A stretch of DNA of 64,000 nt from the NCBI GenBank assembly GCA_964187785.1, contig OZ076409.1, positions 48,920,001 to 48,984,000 on the forward strand, given 5' to 3'. Position numbers and translations under genes: made by a program. Below the pieces are notes generated by a model. It did no database searches and was not told where the DNA came from. It was given only the letters and a program-made list of their open reading frames with translations. Below are positions 1 through 8,200 of this stretch, piece after piece (the first letter of the stretch is position 1; each line of letters begins with the position of its first letter). The DNA is from Amphiscolops sp. MND2022. Lineage: Eukaryota.

Positions 1-1219
1 TGCGAGGTTCTCTGCCTGGTGACGGGGCGTGTGAAACAAGAGTACGAAGGCTCTATTCCCGCGCTAGACGAACCATTGTATGCTTGCAAAGGTAACGGGA
101 AGAACAAACCACCATTGTTGTAGGTTTTAGTTATTTGTCGGAACTGTGATGATAATTAGAAGGCACTGCAACTACTGAATATTGGATCCTTTTGTTCCTG
201 AATTTGTTTTCATCTTGGAAGAGGTATTTTCAGTTGAGATTTTCTTTTTACCTTATTTTTTTCCGAAGAATTGTAGTGTTCTTTTTCTGAAGGTGTTTTG
301 TAACAGTATACGAAAAATATCACAGTGCCACTGCGCCTCTTTTGTTAACGTTTCAGTTAAAAAGAAACGTTTTCCGAGTTATAAGGTCAACTTCGGAGAA
401 TTTTTAACACTGTGAGATCTATTATAATTTGACTAAAAACCACTCTGAGCATATTTTTTGACTTTGAAAATATGACAGCCGCAGTCTGGCAATTTATGTC
501 CTTAATGGATGCGTCGACTATTGCTTTTGAAATATCTTATTTCAATAAACAAGACGCCCTCTAAGCACCGGGATATTTTCCACCCTGTTCGCCTTCACCA
601 ACTGAGTCATAGCTATTTTGGGAGGGAATAGGATCTAAAGAATAAGATCTAAAATTTAGTGATTTTAGATCTTATTCCCGCCCTGAAATTTTAGATCTTA
701 TTCCCTTTTTTGACTTTAGATATTGTTCCCGCTGTATGCTATTTTAGTTACTTGACTATTTTAGTTACTAGTAGCTATATAAAATAGTCAAGTAATCAAA
801 AGGTGGAGAGTGTGGAGATTTGGCAAAATTTGGGAAAAAAACGCGTCACAGATCATGATTTTCCTCCCCCATTTATAAAATGTGGGGTCGGAAAATAATA
901 ATTACCATCTCTGACTGTATTAATGCCTTCGGGCAAGGCTTGCTGCGCACATGTGTCTCACAGTCTATATATGTGCTGACTATACTCACCCTTTAGTTTA
1001 ACTTTTAAAACATGGAACGACTTGAAATCTTCAATCAATTAAATCAGAATCGGATACATAATTTTGTTAAGTTCGATAGTCGCAATCCGCGATACATGGT
1101 AACTTTGTGTAGTCAGTAGTACTACTGTGATGATACCTCGACTGAGTTTAAAGCTTAAACTCAAAAGCGCTTCCTTAAATTATGATAATTAGTAAAGGAA
1201 CACTAGCATAAAAAAGTGT

Positions 1220-1953
1220 TGTAGCGATTACCTATCGAGTACACGATTTCGAAAATTTCGATGAAAATTTCGTTCAAAGGACTATATCCCCTCTACTGAA
1301 AAGTCATATTCCGCTGGACGGCAGCGTGTCTTTATTCAAGTACCTGCCCACAGAATTGAAGAGAATTTGAGCAAAAGACTCCGGGCAGACCCCAACCGAA
1401 CGAGAAGACTGCAGAAAAACACGGCCGCTGTCAGAAAAAGACTCAAATTTCTGTCAAAACGGACTGAACTTTGTTCTAGCCAGTGCTTTCTTCAGCGAAG
1501 CGTTACAAGACGCTGTGATTACCGAAAATGAGTCAATTGGCTTGACCAAGCATCCGTGCTTGTGTCCCCGGCTAATTGCTGCCTCAAAAGTGCTAATTAT
1601 GTAGTAATTTTCGTATTTTCTTGTTGTAACAGCTCGTGAGCTACTTATTTCGATTTCCTGTGTAACTTCGAAAAAACTTGATTTTTCCTTTCCACCACTT
1701 GCATTTTTTAAAGGCTATCTAAGCGTTGGTTCCGAAGAAAAAGCGTAATGCGCGCTACTGTTAGCAATTACAGACTGGATCAGGCCGGCGAGCACTTCTT
1801 AAGAAGCGGAATCCTCCTCTGACGGGACATTTCTTACCCGAAGGAGGCAAAATGGACTCATGGCCATGGGCGCCTGTCCCGGGCAAATACCCATGCCATG
1901 TGTTCCTCCTGCTCTTATGGTTACGGCGACAATGGTGAGAGCTTGTCGTTACA
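1220..1953 (+). repeat. 5' LTR (734 bp)
   Basis: TG...CA ends. Matches 19732-20465; the only difference seen is cgatttcGaaaa vs cgatttcAaaaa. Confidence 0.97.
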
Positions 1954-1969
1954 TGGAGAACACATTTTA

Positions 1970-1986
1970 TGGCGACCACAGAGGGA
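1970..1986 (+). promoter_or_regulatory. Putative primer-binding site, tRNA-Arg-like
   Basis: TGGCGACCACAGAGGGA resembles the complement of a tRNA-Arg 3' end (TGGCGACCACGAAGGGA, recalled from memory). It starts 16 nt after the LTR end. Confidence 0.6.
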
Positions 1987-4345
1987 TCGCTTCGAAGTGC
2001 TTCCCTTAATGGTTTTAAAATAGCCGACCCTCTGGTGATTGACGCCAAGTACGACCCGACTCTGATAAAAAGAAGAGAGAAGCAGAGTTTTTCCACGTTT
2101 TTACCCTGTGTGTGTTATTGAAGACTTCAAGCCCGGTGGATAAAGGTAAATCTTGTAAAAAAGCGCTGTATGTTGTGATTTTCATGCTTTTTCAGTAGTT
2201 GACAGGTAACGATCGAAATAGCCTACCCTCTTAACGGGTCACTCATAAAATTGGTCTAGCAAGCCGTTGGAAGGCTGCTAGAAGTGTTAGCAGGTGTTTT
2301 CTAGCCTTTTTCAGCTTTTTATGACCAATGAAGTGAGTGTTGAGAAGAGGACGATCCTTGCTCAGACGAATCTTACAATCTGCCGAAACGAGTTATACGA
2401 CTCACCGGTCCCATTTCTCGTACAGGCAACCTAGAGGAATGAAATTTGGTGGAGACGTACTACAAATGCTGACGTGTCTAATGGTGCAACTCGTTTGTCT
2501 CTAGCTGTTCTGGGTGATGAGCAAAAAGAACGAGAAGACACGACTCGTCAGTCCGGGTTGTATAATATTTTTGAGTCAGGTTGAAAAAATTTTTTGGGTT
2601 GCTCAAAATTTTGTGTACGACCACTTGCCAATGTTTTTACGAGCCTTCTGTAACTAGGTGTGTGCTTTTGCACCTGTTTTGTGCGAAAAAAGTGCGTTTT
2701 TTCATGTATTTTCGACGAAAAGTGCCAAATTTGGCCATTTTGAGGCGAAACACCTACATGAGCGCGAGCGCTCTTGGTGCTAGCCACACACCTGCAGAAA
2801 TTAAATAAAAGTAGCTCAGGACTCTAATGAGTTCGCAAAAAACGCGACGAACTGCTCAAAGTTGCCCGAAAAGGCACTTAGTATAAATTTTGTGAGGAAA
2901 AAACCCCGTTTTTGGAAGACTGAACATTTTTAGCACTTTGAATTTGTGGGGGAACTTGTATAGAAGCTTTTAAACACCCCCGTATGGTTGCAATTAGGTT
3001 GGGGTACACCTGCCGGTACCCAACAATACCCATTTTGGTAATTATAACCACTACTTCTTGAAAAAAGTTACGAGAACTGTGATTTTGAGGTTTTTCTATA
3101 GTACTCTTAGAAGAAACCCAATTTGACTATTGACGAACACTTTTACGCTTAGAATAGCCCCCGGGCTATTATTTTCAGTTTATTCAGTAAATTTAACGAT
3201 CTACAGTGAAGACCGCATCCCAAAATTCCTTTTCAGTGCTGAGAAAAGTAGAAAAATGCACTGAAAAACCTCCATTTTCCTAAAATCCGGACTGTCTCTG
3301 AGCTAAGGTCGGGTCATTGATTCTTGGACCTTAGCCAAAAGGTGGTTGCATTTTCATAACCACCACTAAAAAGAACGCTACTGCCGAAAATTTGGTGGAC
3401 GTAACTTTCACCAAAGTCGAAAAAAGTTCTCTAACGTTTCAACTTCAGGGGACTGTAAAACTGCCGAAATAATCCAAAACTGACGGACTGTCGGTGCCTC
3501 GTGTTTAACGGGCACACCTAATCGAGGGTTTATCCTAGTACTACGAGTAGTGGGGCAACACGTAGGTCCCATTTTTTTCAGCCCTACCACTTTTTGAGGT
3601 GACCCTCTTAGCCAATTTGTGAAAAAAGTAGTCCAAAGTTGTGTTTTTTTGAGTGTTGTCCAAGTAAGGTCGGAACCTCAAATAAGCGTCCGCGCTTTCA
3701 TTTGATGGTTTCACCGGCATTGTACACGCTCATCGACTGTAGCTACAAAGTTTCGTGTCAATCCAACCGGTACTTGGTGAGAAAATAGAAAAAACGTACC
3801 ACTCAAAAAGTTGGGCATAGAGGGTAATTTTTCAAATTTTTCCTGAGTGATCCGAGTACCTTAATTGAAAAACGAGGTTGAATTGCCGTTCATTTCTATC
3901 ATTTGTACCAGATACTACGTTGTTTTGCAAATTTTGAGCCCGCTAGCTTTTTTTCAGTAAAGCACAATCTTGAAATAAGCATGAAAATTGATGTATCTTG
4001 GTGACTAAGGGTACCGAACGTCCGAATCAGCCTGAATCTTGAAATAAGAACCTTAGCTTAGATTTGATTCTGCTATCGTGTAGTACACCTACCACAAGGT
4101 CAGGTGGCCAATTTTCAAGTGTCTCCGACGATTAGACGTTGCGCTCGAGGCATCTTAGTCATTTTTAAAGAAACCTGAAAAACTCAAAAATTGTCTGAAA
4201 ACTCGATTGTTTGCGAATTAGCTGTTCCGCAAGCCCCAAACGCACGGTTTCCGGCCCCACACCACGGTATCAACGCGCGCTGTGTAAGTTTCACGCCGGT
4301 ACGACCCCTAGATTGATTTTTGACTTTTTCGAGACGTGTGAAATC

Positions 4346-5294
4346 ATGAAAACTAACAGTTTGCGTAACCTTTGGAATTCTATAACGAGAACATTAAGCC
4401 GCACGAACACCCGGCGATGCTCTAATCTTTCAAGAGGGGGGAGGAAGGACACGTCGCGACGCGCTGAAGCATCGAAAACACCAGACCCAACGGGGTGCGA
4501 GACAAATCTCAGTGCAATATCAGACCTGACCTCAGACCCCAGGGAGGAAGATTGGCCAACTGATGACAGTTTCGTTATGGAACCCGATTTTTCAGACCCT
4601 ATGTCAGACGACGCATCGGAGAAGTATCAGGCCAAGCCGGTTGCCAGGACTACCGATGATATCGGAGGTTCAGCTGACGAGACAGGAAGTCAGACCCATA
4701 CTTCCAAATGGTTGCTGGACTTACCCAGCGCTGTCACACCCTATGGTGTAGATGACACTGGAGCGTGGCCTAACTCCAACAAGACGAATGAAGATGAAGT
4801 AGAAATGAGCTGCCTGAATGCGACGGGGCAATTCAAAGCTCCAAGCACTGCGAGTGAGGGCACAGCTCATACCACAGAAGTACTCCAACAAATGTCCTAC
4901 ATTGGGGGCATGGATTATGTCAGGGCACGTCTTCAAGAAGCTACGGCTCCCCGAGCATCTGGGAAGGGTAAGCAAGTACGGCCCCCAGCTTTATTAGCAC
5001 TAACCAGTACTACAGTACCTCATGGGGATTCACGCTCATCCTCACCCTCATCAAAAGCTGCATCTGCCCGATCTTCGGCATATCGAGCCGTACATGAAGC
5101 AGCGAAAGCGCGCAAAGCTCTATTAGATGCTCAGATAGGCGTGAAGCAAGCTGCTTCACAACTGTCTGAGCGCAAGGCAGGCAAGGTGCGATAGAGAGCA
5201 ACAGTCAATAATGGAGGAAATAGAAGCCGTGCAGGTTGAATTGCGAACATCAACTGAGCGACAAGCGCAAGGACATTAAATTCAGGCCGCCCGA
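4346..5294 (+). pseudogene. gag: Disrupted N-terminal part of gag (disordered region, then coiled coil)
   Basis: ATG at 4346. The frame ends at TAG 5192, but the +1 frame continues as a coiled coil (QARCDREQQSIMEEIEAVQVELR...) through TAA 5277 into the 5295 ORF. Confidence 0.7.
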
Positions 5295-8200
5295 ATGGAT
5301 GCTATGGGCTATCGAATGGCCGAAATGAAAGACATGGTGGCCGAAAGAGAGGTGCGCATGGAAGCTCAAATGCAAGAGGTATGTTCACAGATACAAGCAA
5401 TGGGCACTATGTTGAAAAATATCCAACCTCGACCCGCACCAGCGAGCAACACTATCAAAGAGTTGCTGCAAGACACTGATGTATCACTGCCAAAACCCAT
5501 GAAAAGCGTCTCCCTCAAGCCAAAAGAGAGTTTGACGACTGCAACAAACCCATCTGGCTCTAAACAGCACTTGGCGAGGTACGCGCCTTTGCCACAACCT
5601 CTGGTCTCAAATGGAGAGGCCGCATCAACCTCGACGAAATTTATCCCGTCTGCGGTATCAACAAAATATATTCCACCCACGACCAAAGCTCACAAGAAAG
5701 AACCAACGTGCGAGGTGAGAACTATCGACACTTCAAGCATGGGTATCACCGGCCTGCGAGAGCCCACACGCACAAACGATCTAACTGAAGTCACCAGCAC
5801 CTTCCAAACAGCAAATGCAACTTTGGGAGAATCAGCTGCAGAATTCCAAACCGCGGACGATGGGTTGCCCCCGGGCAACCCATGCGCCAGCAGCACCCGA
5901 CGCCGAGAAGTGACTATCCCCGAGAACACCGATGACTCTGTCAACTCAACGCGAGGCAGCAGTATCCCGCCACCAGCTATCACTGAAGAAGCGCCTATAT
6001 CACCGGAGCAACTCAGGTTTACCGAGGCAATATCCAAGGCCATGTCCAAGGAACTGGCGCCGCTAATTGCTAATCGAGATCAAACTAGGGTCCGCCCTAC
6101 GGTGTACAAAGGCACTAATGATGGTACTGTCGATGGATGGCTTCCAGTGATGAAGCGATTTCTAGAAAGGGTGCATGCAAAATCACCAAAGATCGACAAA
6201 GCCTGGGCTATCATCGACCACCTGGAAGGGGAGGCGAGAAATTATATAATCAACAAATCTGAACCTGAACGAGACGAGCCCGACAAGGTATTCTCTCTCT
6301 TGGCCAGCAGGTTTGGAACCGGTGGAAACCGCATGCACGTCAGGCAAACCTTCATGTCTCGCGTCCAACAGGAAAAAGAGGATTGGATGCAATTCTTGGA
6401 CGCATTGGAAGGTCTGCGCACCCAAGGTTTCCCAGACGAGCCTATCACTACACGTCGTTATGAAATCCTGCAACGTTTTATAGATGGCGTCAATGACCCG
6501 ACGCTGCGACAAGAGTTGGCCGTGGTGTACGCTTCGGAGACATATTTGACTGAGCCACCAACTGTAGAATCCCTGAGATTCACCACGAGACAATTGCAAC
6601 GGCATCGCCCAAACACGTCAAAACCTTACGACCCAAGGTATGCAATGAGATCGAGGCCTAATCCTTTCGTGCCAGGGAAATTGGTTCACCCGGCACCAGG
6701 CCTACCACAAAATGTGCTGCCTCCAAACCAAGGACAGCGAGAGGCAAAGCCCCAGATGGCCCCACCAGGCCCTGCATCGGTAAAACAGGCTCCTGCACAG
6801 CAGCAACCAGCGAGAGTGATTCCCCAAGGAGCATGCTTCAACTGTGGACTACCGGGTCACTTTGCGAGGGAATGCCCACATCGAGACCTAGCAAGGAAAC
6901 CCGCGGCTCGCGCTGCACCCGAAGAGCGAGTGAACCTGTGTGAGAACAATGTGGCCTCTGCATGTTCTGGCCCCGTATTCTGTGTTAACTGTGGCATGAC
7001 CGAACACTCTGCATCACAATGCCAAAATGTTCCAGTACATGAGGATTTGGCCTACAGCCTCTGGGCTGAACAGCCATCTGCTTCTCAAACGATGAGTGAC
7101 AGTGAAATGGTACTCATGCTACGCCCTGCTGAAGCCGCTCACGTGGCGACGCCTCTTACCGTCACATGTGGCAAAATCCAAATCCAGACGAACCCAGAGC
7201 CAACTACTTTTGATCCCTCGGGACGCACTATCATGTCTGCCCGACTACTGTTGGCGGTCGAGAGAGAAACCCGCCCAGAACTCACCATAGACGCTTTGAT
7301 AGAAGAGATGACCGCAAACGAGAATTGCCGGCAACTGACTCTGCCCCAACGGGAAGAGTGGCAAGTGAAAGGTGTCACTTCGACGTATCATGCCTATTCT
7401 CCGATTCCAGTCAAAGTCTGCATAGATGGTGTTGACATGCGTTTTGGCGCCACTATTATTACTGATGCGTTTCCTCCTGGAAACTGCTTGGGACCGCAAG
7501 AGCTGCGCTGCTATAACATTGATGCTCAAGAACCAACTGGTGAAGCGAGAATCGATGAGCGTGCGTCGCTCGTGGTTTCATTCGTGGTTCCCGATGCTGC
7601 TCCCGTGCCATTACGTGGTCTAATAGACACTGGATCAGGAGTATCCATCCTCACCTTCTCAGCCTACAATCGAGTCGCCGTGCGCACTGGCACACTCTTA
7701 CGACCTTATGGTATTGACTTATATGCCGCGAATGGGAAGACGATCAAAACTTTTGGTCTAGCGGAGAAAGTCAAATTCCAATTGGGAGGCTATGAATTGG
7801 AAACTAACTTAGTGGTAGTTGATGACGCTATGGGAGTGGAAGACTTCCTCCTGGGCAGAAACTTCCTAAGAGCTTATCAGGTCTTGGTAGACCTAACCGC
7901 GATGAAGGTCATTGTCCGAGCTCCCTCTGAACCGGTGTGGTACCATGCCCACGCGCAAGAAAGTAACGAATCGCTCAATTCGTCGGTAGCGATTGCACAG
8001 GACGTAGTGTTGCAACCTTTTGAACGCGCGATACTACGCGCTAGATTGCTTGTAGACAACTTAGAACCTTTCATGTTTCGAACCGTGCTAATCAATTTTC
8101 AAACACCTAACCGAATGTTAAAAAACGCCATCTTTTTAGAGGACACCGTGGCGACCGTGGGGGAAACTGGTTTCCTTTACGTCAGTTTAGGAAATCTCAC

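Noticed and set aside
1..1035. Possible downstream TRPM exons (about 1-83 and 990-1030, minus strand)
   Set aside because: Splice-like sites exist but there is no recognisable TRPM motif.
1812..1850. Hammerhead-like CTGACGG...CGAA in the LTR
   Set aside because: The core is not CUGANGA/GAAA and it is not conserved in the related solo LTR.
1865..1895. HDV-like ribozyme (GCC-loop-GGC resembles P3/L3)
   Set aside because: Helix order does not give the nested double pseudoknot; no P1', P1.1 or P4 follows.
5170..5200. Programmed gag/pol frameshift
   Set aside because: It lies upstream of the capsid region, no slippery site is evident, and a TAA follows; treated as mutation.
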